In this document: positions 24,046 through 33,449 of the stretch, piece after piece | Layout of the letters: each line of letters opens with the position of its first letter | How positions within the stretch are numbered: the first letter of the stretch is position 1 | DNA from: a virus | Reading direction: 5' to 3' (one strand) | IMG/VR virus record: IMGVR_UViG_3300036761_001580 | Location: 69,198 to 133,197 of that record | DNA: 64,000 nucleotides | Made by a program: the position numbers and the translations under genes | Notes under the pieces: generated by a model | What the model was told of the DNA's origin: nothing | Seen by the model: the letters and a program-made list of their open reading frames with translations, nothing else | Databases searched by the model: none

Positions 24046-24630
24046 TCACACTCCTGAAGTCAGTTCCTTGACCACCATCTCGGCAAGAGCCTTGTGACCC
24101 CGGTAGTTGAGGTGCAGACCGTCCCCGGCGTCGTACTCCTTGAGCAAGGTGTCCTCCTGATCGGCGAGGTACCTGGTGTCGACCATGCGGATGTAGCCCT
24201 CCCAGCGCGACTCCATCATCGAGTTGAGCAGGTACGAGCAGGCAGAACCATGCCACGACTTCGGCTCCCCGAACCATCCGTGGTGCTTCACTACGACGGG
24301 CGTCGAGTCTGAGAACTCGATCTTCCGCACCAGACGTTCAAGCCTGTTGAAGACGATGTAGGGATCCGAATTCGCATCCGCGCAGTCGTTGAGACCGGCG
24401 TACAGCACCACGTAGGTGGGCTTCTTCGCGAGCGCCTTGTCGACCAGCTTATGGATTCGCTTGATCCGCGCCCCTTGCACTGCGTACCGGTACAGTGGCG
24501 TGTGCAGGGCCTTGGCCGCGATCTCAGGGTAGTACCCGGCCGTGATGCTGTCCCCCACGAAGACCACCGTGTCGGTGGGCTGGAACAGCGCGAGCGCGAG
24601 GATGAGAAGGAGTGTGTTCATTTCGACCAC
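24046..24630 (-). CDS. secreted SGNH/GDSL-family hydrolase (esterase), 194 aa
   Basis: N-terminal signal peptide MNTLLLILALALF; FVGDSIT block I motif; DxxH near C-terminus. Confidence 0.75.
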   Translation of the reverse strand: MVEMNTLLLILALALFQPTDTVVFVGDSITAGYYPEIAAKALHTPLYRYAVQGARIKRIHKLVDKALAKKPTYVVLYAGLNDCADANSDPYIVFNRLERLVRKIEFSDSTPVVVKHHGWFGEPKSWHGSACSYLLNSMMESRWEGYIRMVDTRYLADQEDTLLKEYDAGDGLHLNYRGHKALAEMVVKELTSGV

Positions 24631-25013
24631 CTGTACTTTTCCTCTCCAGGGTTGCGAGCGAACAGATTCTCCCGTGTCGTACCCAGCTCCTCACAGATCT
24701 TCTGAATGGTGCGGTCTCTTAGAGGCTTGTCCTTGAAACCGCCCTGGCGGAAGATCCCTGTGTGGTAGATGGTCGAGATGAGCTTCTGACCGTCCTCGGT
24801 CTCGTAGAGCCTCAGGCTCATAATCTCACGAACACCCTCAAGGCTCTCTTCCTCGGAAAGGTAGATCCGGTACGTGCTGCCGTCACCGTGAGCGAAGTTC
24901 TCCGGAGCTTCTGCATGGTGGTCCTGTATGGCGTCCATAACGGAGCCCTCGGACTCGATCCACTCGGAGACCACCGGCTTGAGGACACGGAACTTCACTC
25001 GTTCACCCAGCAC
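24618..25013 (-). CDS. hypothetical protein (131 aa)
   Basis: GC3-rich ORF. Confidence 0.55.
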   Translation of the reverse strand: MLGERVKFRVLKPVVSEWIESEGSVMDAIQDHHAEAPENFAHGDGSTYRIYLSEEESLEGVREIMSLRLYETEDGQKLISTIYHTGIFRQGGFKDKPLRDRTIQKICEELGTTRENLFARNPGEEKYRWSK

Positions 25014-25258
25014 ATCGACTTGGCTTGCTTGATCAGCTCCACATCCTCGTGCTCGAAGACCCCCATGATGCTGTTGCCGTCTTCGTCCTCCCAGTCGTTG
25101 TGCTTCACGTTGAAAGAGATCTCGGGTGCAGCCGGGTCAGGATGAATCTCCACGACCTTGGCGTAGCCTCCGGGGTAGTCACCCATTGCGGGCGTCACGA
25201 CCGTCCGGCCGATGAGGCGCTTCCCCATGTTCTTGACGAGTGCCTTCGCGAGAGTCAT
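24995..25258 (-). CDS. hypothetical protein (87 aa)
   Basis: GC3-rich ORF. Confidence 0.55.
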   Translation of the reverse strand: MTLAKALVKNMGKRLIGRTVVTPAMGDYPGGYAKVVEIHPDPAAPEISFNVKHNDWEDEDGNSIMGVFEHEDVELIKQAKSMCWVNE

Positions 25259-26058
25259 GAGTCCTCTCCCTTCTCGGGGGCCCCGAGCCCCTTCGTGACG
25301 TGCACTTCCTTCGAGTCATCTATCCCGGCCTGGAGGTGCTTGTTCCCTGTCCACATAGGCGGCGGGGGCGGCAGCTCCGACAGGTCGGGGTCGATCATCA
25401 GTGCGATCTCGTCCGCGACCGTCGAGTACGAAATCGCCAGTGCCGTGGTGGGCGCGTCCTCGGGGGTAGCGGCTTCCTGCTTCCGCAGCTCCTCCAGGCG
25501 AGCGTTGAGCCCGACCACGATCCCGAAACAGTACTCGGACTTGGCCTTGGTCCTGTACTCCTCCCAGGTGCGGAAGCGGAGTTGCAGGAGGCGGGAGTAC
25601 GACCAGCTCTTGTCGTCCACCTTGTACTTCTTGGAGAGCACCCGGATCTGGTTTAAGACGGAGTCGAAGGCATACGCGGAGGCCTCGATGCCCACGTTGA
25701 CACCGCAGAAGATGATCTCACCCTTCAGCTTCTTCGTGGCCGGGATGTAGATCGCCTTGCACGAGAAGTAGTCCGCGATGACGACCGCCAGGGACAGCAC
25801 CCACTTCGCCGGCTTGGACATCGACAGGGTGACCGTCAGAGCACTGCCCTCAGCAGGAGTGCCACGACGGATCGTGGTGCCCTCCAGCTCCGACTCCTCG
25901 ATCCCGTGCTGGAGCATCAGCCGACGCGCCGTCTCCAGCGCGAGCTGTGCTTCGTGGTCTACGGAAGCTGGGTCGTCTGCATCGATCACGGCCCTCTCGG
26001 CTCTGTTGAACAGGAGCCGGATCTTCTCGATCAGAGCCTTGCGACGGTCGGTGCTCAC
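25255..26058 (-). CDS. DUF2786-like domain protein (~267 aa)
   Basis: N-term KIRLLFNRAERAV...HEAQLALETARRLMLQHGIEESEL resembles DUF2786; GTG start in GTGA overlap with upstream stop. Confidence 0.45.
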   Translation of the reverse strand: MSTDRRKALIEKIRLLFNRAERAVIDADDPASVDHEAQLALETARRLMLQHGIEESELEGTTIRRGTPAEGSALTVTLSMSKPAKWVLSLAVVIADYFSCKAIYIPATKKLKGEIIFCGVNVGIEASAYAFDSVLNQIRVLSKKYKVDDKSWSYSRLLQLRFRTWEEYRTKAKSEYCFGIVVGLNARLEELRKQEAATPEDAPTTALAISYSTVADEIALMIDPDLSELPPPPPMWTGNKHLQAGIDDSKEVHVTKGLGAPEKGEDS

Positions 26059-26258
26059 TTCTTCTTCCTGGAGGCCTTGTGCAGCTCGGCGTACCACTTG
26101 ATCCACATCGCCTTGTCATCCTCAATGGAGAGCTGGAAGTAGTCGTCATACCGCTTCTTCAGCTTCTTCACCTCCCAGCCACGCACGACGAAGCCCCAGA
26201 TGAAGCCGCCTCCGAAGAGAACGACGAAAACACCACAGATCGCCCACAGGATGTTCAT
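26055..26258 (-). CDS. small membrane protein (67 aa)
   Basis: Hydrophobic N-terminus ILWAICGVFVVLFGGGFIWGFVV then Lys-rich tail. Confidence 0.5.
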   Translation of the reverse strand: MNILWAICGVFVVLFGGGFIWGFVVRGWEVKKLKKRYDDYFQLSIEDDKAMWIKWYAELHKASRKKK

Positions 26259-26485
26259 GAATTCAGCTCCCGCTTATGGCCCTCATCGAGCTTGCGAACG
26301 GCGTCTCGCATGATCTCGTCGCTCTCACTTTTTGTCAGAGACTTCCAAATGGCATTGATCCTCTTCGTAATACTGCTCTTCGCTGCTTTGAAGTTCCCCG
26401 CGCCGCGTGCGCACAGCCGGGATCGCAGACGCTCCAGTTTGGTGATTTCACGCAGAGCGCGTGCAGCATTTGTGCTCAACGGCAT
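26255..26485 (-). CDS. hypothetical protein (76 aa)
   Basis: GC3-rich ORF. Confidence 0.5.
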   Translation of the reverse strand: MPLSTNAARALREITKLERLRSRLCARGAGNFKAAKSSITKRINAIWKSLTKSESDEIMRDAVRKLDEGHKRELNS

Positions 26486-26701
26486 CTACTTCTTCTCCTC
26501 GGGGATCCCCATCTTATTGAAAATCTTGTGCAGATCTTCCTGGAACTTCCGATACGCATCCCGCTGAGCGATGTAGTTGTCAGCCAAAACCTTACCCACC
26601 ACTGCATAGGGATTCAAAGCAGGATCGAGACCGAGTGCTTCGTGCACGAGCGCATTGATCTGCTCCTTGGCTTCCTCGACCTGGGTCTTCGGCTTGTCCA
26701 T
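26486..26701 (-). CDS. hypothetical protein (71 aa)
   Basis: GC3-rich ORF. Confidence 0.5.
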   Translation of the reverse strand: MDKPKTQVEEAKEQINALVHEALGLDPALNPYAVVGKVLADNYIAQRDAYRKFQEDLHKIFNKMGIPEEKK

Positions 26702-27010
26702 CTACTTCACCCTGAAGGATCCCGAGGAGAAGGTGATCACGCATTTGGAGCGACGGGCCCTCTTGGTCACATCACTCAAGAGCTGCTGCTCTTCCCGAGA
26801 CAGTGGTCTGATTGAGCTGCGCTCCCACCACCCGCAGTCACCAGCCTTCGTGAGCCCATCACAAGCGTCAGGATCATCTTGAAGGAGCCGGCAGTAGACT
26901 TGGTGTCCACGAGCCGAGATGTACTTTACCAGGACGTCTCGACCCCGACCTTTGCCCTTGGTGCGTGTGAGAGAGCCTCTGCTCAGCCAGACAATGGCAC
27001 CGAACTTCAT
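26702..27010 (-). CDS. hypothetical protein (102 aa)
   Basis: ORF with ATGA overlap to the DnaJ-like gene. Confidence 0.5.
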   Translation of the reverse strand: MKFGAIVWLSRGSLTRTKGKGRGRDVLVKYISARGHQVYCRLLQDDPDACDGLTKAGDCGWWERSSIRPLSREEQQLLSDVTKRARRSKCVITFSSGSFRVK

Positions 27011-27432
27011 GACTTCACCAGCTTGCTCATCGCTGCGTTGAGAGCCTGCATCTTGACCTTGTCGCCTCCGTGGTCGGGATGATATTTCTGCGCCAGCGCA
27101 CGGTAGGCCGCTTTCACGACCTCAATCGGTGCTCCTGGAACCAGGTACAAGGTGGCCCAAGGTCCCGCAGGGGCGTTCTCCACGAAGTTCACTGCACCCT
27201 TGCAGCGCTCCTTCTTGTGCAGCACCACCCAGCTACCACCCTCGCCATCCTTCCAGAGCAGGATCTCCTCGCCCAGCATGATCCGGCCCATGCACTCGTT
27301 GCACCGGGTCTCGTACTTCGAAGCCATGATCAGGATGCGGTGGTGGGTGCAGACCTTCCATCCAGCCCGGCGAGCTGCACCCCCGGGCTCCAGGTTCTCC
27401 CCGCAGAGTGGGCATATTTCAGAGGCCTGCAT
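27007..27432 (-). CDS. J-domain (DnaJ-like) protein with N-terminal Cys cluster, 141 aa
   Basis: C-term YRALAQKYHPDHGGDKVKMQALNAAMSKL = J-domain with HPD motif; class B promoter upstream. Confidence 0.7.
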   Translation of the reverse strand: MQASEICPLCGENLEPGGAARRAGWKVCTHHRILIMASKYETRCNECMGRIMLGEEILLWKDGEGGSWVVLHKKERCKGAVNFVENAPAGPWATLYLVPGAPIEVVKAAYRALAQKYHPDHGGDKVKMQALNAAMSKLVKS

Positions 27433-27461
27433 GGGTCAAGATCCCTCCTTGTGCTCTCTGA

Positions 27462-27490
27462 ACTATAGCCAGCCACAATAAGAAGTCAAG
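27462..27490 (-). promoter_or_regulatory. class B promoter (TTGACT-N17-TATAGT)
   Basis: revcomp: cctcTTGACTtcttattgtggctggcTATAGTtcag. Confidence 0.55.
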
Positions 27491-27719
27491 AGGTCTTTCG
27501 ACGATCCTTGAGCCGCTCCTGCGGCTTCAACTTCTGGACCAATTCTGAGGGGTCTGGAAGCTCCGCCACGCGGCGCTTGTTGCCGCAGGGCAGGCACACC
27601 GGGGTCGAGGTCTTCTCGTGCCAGTAGCGTGTTGGGGCCCCGCAGAAGAAGCACCGGCCGCAGATCCAGGAGTCCTCGCCACCCTTCTTCGGGGAGAGCT
27701 GTTCCTTGAGGTGGATCAC
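27486..27719 (-). CDS. zinc-finger small protein (77 aa)
   Basis: CGRCFFCGA...CLPCG. Confidence 0.55.
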   Translation of the reverse strand: MIHLKEQLSPKKGGEDSWICGRCFFCGAPTRYWHEKTSTPVCLPCGNKRRVAELPDPSELVQKLKPQERLKDRRKTS

Positions 27720-27722
27720 CGG

Positions 27723-28304
27723 CTACTCGTGCGCAACCTCTTGCGTCTCGGACACCGGCAGCGTGGGCATGGTGCCCTCCTCGACGGGGTACTCCTCCTC
27801 GTCGAGAACGGGCTCCTCGGACAGCGGCTCCAGCGGGATGCCCTCGGAGGTGAGGCGGGCGTGCAGCTTCGCGGACTCTCTCCGGTACTCCACCGCCATC
27901 GCCGTAGCCAGCTTGACCTTGCTCCGCTTCCTCTCCACGTCGAGCTTGAGGTTCTCAATGTCCATCTTCAGGCTCTCGATGACCTTGTTGGCGACCACGA
28001 GCTTGCTCTTCGCCTCGCAGGTCTCCTTGACCGCCAGGTTGCGGGTGATCTCGGCGTCGGCGATGCTCTTGTCCTTCGACGCGAGCACCAGATCCCGAGC
28101 GGCTACGATGGCTTTTTCCGCCACCAGCTCGGCCTGGGCCTTGCTCAAGAGCTTGAGCGTGATCGCGTGCTGGTCCTTCTCTGCTTCCAGCTGCTTCAGC
28201 GGCACCACGCTGGCAGCCTCCGCCAGCGTTGCCACGGACTTGCCCTCCGTCTTGGCGACCACCTTGTTCTCGGGCTCCGCTTTCTTCTCCGACTTCTCGT
28301 TCAT
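27723..28304 (-). CDS. coiled-coil protein (193 aa)
   Basis: Lys/Glu/Ala-rich heptad-like sequence; class B promoter upstream. Confidence 0.6.
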   Translation of the reverse strand: MNEKSEKKAEPENKVVAKTEGKSVATLAEAASVVPLKQLEAEKDQHAITLKLLSKAQAELVAEKAIVAARDLVLASKDKSIADAEITRNLAVKETCEAKSKLVVANKVIESLKMDIENLKLDVERKRSKVKLATAMAVEYRRESAKLHARLTSEGIPLEPLSEEPVLDEEEYPVEEGTMPTLPVSETQEVAHE

Positions 28305-28347
28305 ATCGTCCCTCCGGGTGTTGTAGCTATACGCAGCTAGGTTTCAC

Positions 28348-28376
28348 ACTATAGGTATGCCTGGGGGAAAGTCAAG
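28348..28376 (-). promoter_or_regulatory. class B promoter (TTGACT-N17-TATAGT)
   Basis: revcomp: gcctcTTGACTttcccccaggcataccTATAGTgtga. Confidence 0.55.
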
Positions 28377-28382
28377 AGGCAA

Positions 28383-29105
28383 TCATCGAGCGTCGTGCAG
28401 GTGGATGATGGTGGGGCTGGTCTTGTCCTGGAACAGAGCACCTGCGCAGTAGAACTGCGTGATGGCTCTCTCCTCGGGCTCCTTCATCGGGTAGTGGGAT
28501 CGCTTCTCTTTGTGTTCGTGACCCATGAGCACGTAGTCCGCCTGGCCGAGCACCGTGTCGAAGAACTTCTTGGCGTCCTGGAGACGGCAAAACCACTCCG
28601 CGTAGAAGGGGGTGTGGTGCATGATGACGATGCTGACCATCCGGCTCTTGTACGTCCGCGCGAGGAACTTCTTCAGCTCGCGCCTCTGCCAGAACCCGAC
28701 CCTGCCCTGGGAGAAGTCGACGATGCTTCCGTGACCCAGACAAGTGTCCAGAGCCAGGATCTGCCCGACCACGAACCCGTCGACCTTCAGCTCGGTGAGG
28801 TCGTGGACCTCCAGATCCTCGCAGAGCCGGTACCAACGTCCTGCGGCCTTGGGGTCGTAGAAGCTCCCGAGAAGCCCCAGATCGTGGTTCCCCGGGCACA
28901 TGACGATGCGCCCCTTGAACGGCAGGAGCATCTCCAAGGCCTGTGCGTACTGGCACTCCAAGCCGTCGTCGGTGATGTCGCCCGTGACGATGAGCTTATC
29001 GGTCGAGCCGACGAGCTTTAGAGCCCCGTGCAGCTTTTCGCGGACCGCCTTGTTCTCCCTCGGAAGGGCTTTGATGTGCAGATCGCTGACGTGTATGAGA
29101 CGCAT
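28383..29105 (-). CDS. calcineurin-like metallophosphoesterase (~240 aa)
   Basis: MRLIHVSDLHIK, GDITDDG, GNHD, MGHEH motifs; AAGGAGGTGCTCA-ATG RBS fixes the start. Confidence 0.75.
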   Translation of the reverse strand: MRLIHVSDLHIKALPRENKAVREKLHGALKLVGSTDKLIVTGDITDDGLECQYAQALEMLLPFKGRIVMCPGNHDLGLLGSFYDPKAAGRWYRLCEDLEVHDLTELKVDGFVVGQILALDTCLGHGSIVDFSQGRVGFWQRRELKKFLARTYKSRMVSIVIMHHTPFYAEWFCRLQDAKKFFDTVLGQADYVLMGHEHKEKRSHYPMKEPEERAITQFYCAGALFQDKTSPTIIHLHDAR

Positions 29106-29430
29106 TGAGCACCTCCTTGCTCGGAAGAATATCCTCCGGATCGCCGTCGCCCATCGTAACATACTCATGGGACCCATCCGTCTCTTTCTCGACGGATTTG
29201 ATCCTGTGGAAGGCCCTTCGTACCTTGGGCAACGCCGCCTTCAAAAGCTCCATCGCTGCGGTAAGGCTACCCACAGGACCCGGCTCATGGAGATCGTTCA
29301 TCCGGTCCCTGGCAGCCCCCAGAATGAGGTCGTACGTTTCCATGTTCGTGATGCAGTTCTTCAGGCCCTTGAGGACCGCGGTACGGACCTCACGGTTGGT
29401 CGCAGGGGTGTGCTGGTTCTTGCGGTACAT
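28996..29430 (-). CDS. hypothetical protein (144 aa; 3' end uncertain)
   Basis: GC3-rich for ~100 codons, then the frame degrades where it overlaps the phosphoesterase start. Confidence 0.4.
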   Translation of the reverse strand: MYRKNQHTPATNREVRTAVLKGLKNCITNMETYDLILGAARDRMNDLHEPGPVGSLTAAMELLKAALPKVRRAFHRIKSVEKETDGSHEYVTMGDGDPEDILPSKEVLNASHTRQRSAHQSPSEGEQGGPRKAARGSKARRLDR

Positions 29431-29436
29431 CGGCAG

Positions 29437-29985
29437 CTAGGGCTCGGTGACCTCTTCGAAATCTTCGGCCAGGATGTCCGTCTGCGATGCGAGCCACGGG
29501 ATGAGGTAGTCCCCGACCGTCTTCATGTAGATGTACGGCAGGGTCATCTTCGAGTTCACGTCCGGCTTCTGGAGGGCGATCCACATGCCCTTGCCGTTCC
29601 AGCCGGACCTGCGGAACTTCTTCCCCGGGAACGCCTTCAGCTCGCGGATGACCGTGGCGAAGTCGACGGGCGTGGGGGAGTCATCCCCCGTCCAGTTGAG
29701 CTGCTCGCAGTTCACGGTGCCGACCCCCTCGGAGGTCTTCGTGGCATCCGCGAGCGCGAGGTTCGGAACGCCGAACTCGACGCGGCCGGGGCCGGGGGGA
29801 TCGAACAGCCGGAAGACCGACCCCCTCTTGATGGCCTCGAACTCCGCCGGCTCCCACTTGCCCGTCTGGGTGTTCAGGATGTCGCACTGACGCTGATTCT
29901 TCTCCACAATCCCACCTCTTTCTTTTGGTACGTCTATTGGGTCTGCCCCAGGAAGCCACCCGCATGGACTTATGAGCACTTTCAT
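29437..29985 (-). CDS. DUF2829/Tad2-like domain protein (~182 aa)
   Basis: C-terminal half FRRSGWNGKGMWIALQ...LPYIYMKT...IPWLASQTDILAEDFEEV resembles DUF2829 (Thoeris anti-defence Tad2 fold), from memory; start in ATGA overlap. Confidence 0.45.
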   Translation of the reverse strand: MKVLISPCGWLPGADPIDVPKERGGIVEKNQRQCDILNTQTGKWEPAEFEAIKRGSVFRLFDPPGPGRVEFGVPNLALADATKTSEGVGTVNCEQLNWTGDDSPTPVDFATVIRELKAFPGKKFRRSGWNGKGMWIALQKPDVNSKMTLPYIYMKTVGDYLIPWLASQTDILAEDFEEVTEP

Positions 29986-30191
29986 CTTTCGATCCCTGGA
30001 CGCGGCGCACCACAGTTGGTGCACTTCTCCCCCCACCGCACAATTTTGCTACAATACTCGCACCGCACCCCACCCAGAGCTGCAATGAACTCAGAGCTGG
30101 TCATGCCCATCTTCCGAAGAACACCAGCGGGACCGGTAGCTGAGGTCTTAGGCTTCGGAGGAGCTTTTTGAGATACGCACCCCATGACCAC
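29982..30191 (-). CDS. zinc-ribbon small protein (69 aa)
   Basis: CEYCSKIVRWGEKCTNCG. Confidence 0.45.
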   Translation of the reverse strand: MVMGCVSQKAPPKPKTSATGPAGVLRKMGMTSSEFIAALGGVRCEYCSKIVRWGEKCTNCGAPRPGIER

Positions 30192-30192
30192 C

Positions 30193-30480
30193 TCAGCCTT
30201 TTTTATTTTTCAAATCTTCAGCTACACCGGACAAGTCCTCCACAGCGGATGCGATATTTGCGACTTCATCCGCGATTCCACCCAAAAGCTCTCGCTGATT
30301 ACCCTGGGAGATCGCGTCACCAATACGATCCCCTGCATCCTTCACCTCTGCGGACAATACTAATATCGCTTCAGCTATGTTGGAAGGAAGAGATTCTCTG
30401 CGAAAAGCAAAGTCCTCGCTTACCATAAAACAGTTTCCAAGAGTCTCACACAACCGGTCCATATCTTCCTTAGTGGTCAT
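30193..30480 (-). CDS. hypothetical protein (95 aa)
   Basis: GC3-rich ORF in MVP operon. Confidence 0.55.
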   Translation of the reverse strand: MTTKEDMDRLCETLGNCFMVSEDFAFRRESLPSNIAEAILVLSAEVKDAGDRIGDAISQGNQRELLGGIADEVANIASAVEDLSGVAEDLKNKKG

Positions 30481-30506
30481 ACCAGCCTCCTTCTTTCCCC
30501 AGGATC

Positions 30507-30737
30507 CTAGTGCGGCAGCTCGGCCGCGTCCACCATCATGTCGCCGTCATTGTAGTACAGGACCATCTGCTCAGCTCCTTCGTCCGTGGTGGGGTAGGCC
30601 TCGAACATCTCGTCCCACACGTCCGGCTTCTCGACCGCTTTGATGATCGCCCGAACCTTGTGCTCTTCCGAGATGAAGTGGAACTTCACTTTCGCTCCGC
30701 TCCCAAAGGCCCACACCACCACGACGAAGTTCTTCAC
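30507..30737 (-). CDS. hypothetical protein (76 aa)
   Basis: GC3-rich ORF directly downstream of the MVP-like gene. Confidence 0.55.
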   Translation of the reverse strand: MKNFVVVVWAFGSGAKVKFHFISEEHKVRAIIKAVEKPDVWDEMFEAYPTTDEGAEQMVLYYNDGDMMVDAAELPH

Positions 30738-30746
30738 GTTGTCCTC

Positions 30747-33449
30747 CTACTCGGGCTTCCGAGCCTTCTTGCCGGCGGCCTCCTCGGGCTTCTCGGACCT
30801 GCCGAGCCCCTTGCCGATCCTCTCGATGAGGCTGTCGATGCCCAGCCCGCCGAACCTGGACTTGAGCAGCTCGACGACGTCCTTGTCCTCGAACATCGCC
30901 AGCGGGCCGAGCGCCGTCGCCAGCGTCCCCGCCGTGTTGCTCTCCGCCAGCATCCTGAGGGTCGCGATGAGCTGCGGATCCACGGCCTCGCCGAGGACCT
31001 TCGCCTTCTCGGCCTCGGCCACGAGCAGCTTGATCTGGAGGTCGATCTCCTGGGTCCTCGCCCCGATGCGGAACTCGAAGTTCTCCTCCTCCTTGGTGAG
31101 GTTGCTGGTGAACTCGGCCTTGTCGATGACGATGCCCTTCTCGACCTCCTCCAGCCTGCCCTCCAGGTGAGCCAGAGCTTTGGTGTGCTCGATGGCCTCC
31201 ATCTCCTGGGCCCTCTTGAGCGCGTCGATGGCGAAGCCCTCCCGGGTCTTCGCCAGCGTATCGCGGATCTTCGCCGCGGTCGCTTCACCCTCGGCCTTGG
31301 TCTCCTCTTCGTTCAGGCTGAGCGCCGTCAGCTCCTCGGTCCTCAGGACGCGGGCCTTGGCCTCCTCGATCTCCAGGGCATCGATGAGGGCCTTGCGCGC
31401 CCTAGCGTCGAGCTTGGCGGCCAGGGACTGGTCGGCCAGCTGGACCTTGTGCACCTCGACGTCGTACACCTTCATGGAGTTCTCGGAGAAGTAGAGCCCC
31501 TTGCGCTCGCCGTTCTCGACCTTCGCCCCCAGGATGATGTCCCGGATGATGTTGATGGCGTTGCCGTAGAAGTCCCGGATCGAGATCGCCTGGACGGCGT
31601 TCTTCAGCCGGCTCCGGGCGTGGTCGCAGAGGAACTTCACGTAGTTCTCCACGTCGAACCACTTCGCCTTCTGCTCGCCGTCGAAGTCCACCCGGTAGGA
31701 CAGCTTGATGTGGACCGGGCACATGTCCTTGGTCTCGACAGCGACGACGTCGGAGACGATGTTGTTCCTGGCCCGCAGGTAGACCGTCTCGATGAGCTTG
31801 TCAGACGTCTTCGGCGTCCCCGTGGACAGACTCAGCGGCTCCAGGGTCTCGTCGTAGTCGAGCAGCAGGGTCGTCGGCCCCTCGACCACGCGGCGGGTGC
31901 CGTCCTTCTTGACGACCATGACGGCGTACCCGTTCCACACGTTGACGGTGACCACCCCGTCGTACTTGCTGTCGAGGGTGAGGGTGCGCGGCGCGTTGTA
32001 GCGGGTGGCCCGGTCGAACTCGTCACCACCGATGCCCTCCGCCACGTTGCCGAAGCCCTCCGGAGCCACAGCCATGTCGAGGAGCATGGAAGAAGAGAAG
32101 ACCGCACTGGCTGTCGCTGCCGCCATGTTGACCGAGGAGCCGCCCTTGTCGAAACCACGGGAGGTCATCTGACGGCGGACGGCCGCGTCCTCCACGTAGG
32201 TCTGGGAGTTGTCGCTGATCAGATTCATCAGCTCCGCGTTGAACTGCGCGGCGACCGTGTTGCCGGGGTAGTACAGCTGGACCTGCTTCTGGGAGAGGAT
32301 CCTCCGCACGATGACCTCGGTGCGGGGGTCGGGCAGCATCATCTTCGGCCCCTTGGTGGTCTCGATCTTGCCACCCATGCGGTCGAGGACGTACCGCCCC
32401 TCACCCTCGGGGATGATGACGGCGTGGTGCCGGTCCTTGCCGTCGTACCGGATGACGGCGTGCTCCGGCCTCGGGAAGTAGATCTTCTGCTCCTTGCCGG
32501 TGATGAACAGCTCGTCGCCCTCGCTGTACTTCTTCCCGCCCTCCTCGTAGGCCTTGATGACCTTGATGTAGAGGCCGGAGATCTCGTTCAGCTCGATGGC
32601 CCGGAACTTCTTCGCGGCCACGCCCTTGGCGGTCTTGTCCTCCACGAACCACTGCGTGGGCTTCGGGAACACCACCGCCGGCCCGCGGACGTACTCCTTG
32701 TTCCCATCCTCGTCCTGGAGGATGCAGTATTGGAGCTGCTCCAGGGTGATCGCGCTCTGGACGAAGTCAGCCGTGCCGGACGTGGTGTTGCCCATCTGAG
32801 CGACCTCCACTCCGTCTGGCGGGATGTAGAAGTGGACCTTGGTCCCTTTGACGACGAAGAGCTGCCCGATGGGGAGCGCGGCGGCGAGGCTCGTGGTGGA
32901 GTCGGGCACGTCCTTGCTCTCGTTCCCGGACTTCGCGGGCTTCTCGATCTTGTCGAGACCGTCGTAGATGGACAGGTCCGCCGGGCGGTTCTTCAGGGCC
33001 TTCACGAAGAGATCGGTGTCGTAGACCCGGACCATGAGGTACTGGTTGGACCTCAGGGTGTGGCCCTTGATCACCTTCACCATCTGGCCGGGCCAGAGCG
33101 CGAAGGAGTCGGGACCGGAGATGTTGACCTTGCGGCCGATGTCGAGCCCGGCGACGGTGAGATCGTTGATCCCCTTCTCCGGATGCTTCTGCTTGGTGGC
33201 CGGGTTCTTGATGTGGCAGTACCAGCCCTCCGGGATCACGACGAACCGCTGGATGGCGGCGCTGCTGCCGGCGGGCATGAAGCGCTTCTTCTCGTTGTCC
33301 CACACCACGAGCTGATCCGTGTTGGACAAGCTGTGCTTGTAGGGCCCCACCACGACGCTGACGATACCCTTCGTCTTGTCGAGATAGAAGGTGAACTCGT
33401 TGGGAGCCAGGACCAACTCGGCTTCTCGGACGGGGACTTGCTCGGTCAT
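30747..33449 (-). CDS. major vault protein (MVP) homolog, ~900 aa
   Basis: N-terminal MVP-repeat-like motifs (VGPYKHSL, RFVVIPEGWYCHIKNP), shoulder-like ETKDMCPVHIKLSYRVDFD, long C-terminal coiled coil; probable start M13 with AGGAGA RBS; class B promoter. Confidence 0.8.
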   Translation of the reverse strand: MTEQVPVREAELVLAPNEFTFYLDKTKGIVSVVVGPYKHSLSNTDQLVVWDNEKKRFMPAGSSAAIQRFVVIPEGWYCHIKNPATKQKHPEKGINDLTVAGLDIGRKVNISGPDSFALWPGQMVKVIKGHTLRSNQYLMVRVYDTDLFVKALKNRPADLSIYDGLDKIEKPAKSGNESKDVPDSTTSLAAALPIGQLFVVKGTKVHFYIPPDGVEVAQMGNTTSGTADFVQSAITLEQLQYCILQDEDGNKEYVRGPAVVFPKPTQWFVEDKTAKGVAAKKFRAIELNEISGLYIKVIKAYEEGGKKYSEGDELFITGKEQKIYFPRPEHAVIRYDGKDRHHAVIIPEGEGRYVLDRMGGKIETTKGPKMMLPDPRTEVIVRRILSQKQVQLYYPGNTVAAQFNAELMNLISDNSQTYVEDAAVRRQMTSRGFDKGGSSVNMAAATASAVFSSSMLLDMAVAPEGFGNVAEGIGGDEFDRATRYNAPRTLTLDSKYDGVVTVNVWNGYAVMVVKKDGTRRVVEGPTTLLLDYDETLEPLSLSTGTPKTSDKLIETVYLRARNNIVSDVVAVETKDMCPVHIKLSYRVDFDGEQKAKWFDVENYVKFLCDHARSRLKNAVQAISIRDFYGNAINIIRDIILGAKVENGERKGLYFSENSMKVYDVEVHKVQLADQSLAAKLDARARKALIDALEIEEAKARVLRTEELTALSLNEEETKAEGEATAAKIRDTLAKTREGFAIDALKRAQEMEAIEHTKALAHLEGRLEEVEKGIVIDKAEFTSNLTKEEENFEFRIGARTQEIDLQIKLLVAEAEKAKVLGEAVDPQLIATLRMLAESNTAGTLATALGPLAMFEDKDVVELLKSRFGGLGIDSLIERIGKGLGRSEKPEEAAGKKARKPE

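Noticed and set aside
27433-27440. Extra gtcaag hexamer right at the DnaJ start codon as another promoter
   Set aside because: No matching -10 at the right spacing. Coincidental.
28383-29177. Longer N-terminus (MGPMSMLRWATAIRR...) for the metallophosphoesterase
   Set aside because: A strong AAGGAGG RBS precedes the internal ATG (MRLIHVSDLHIK), and the upstream 24 codons overlap the preceding gene.
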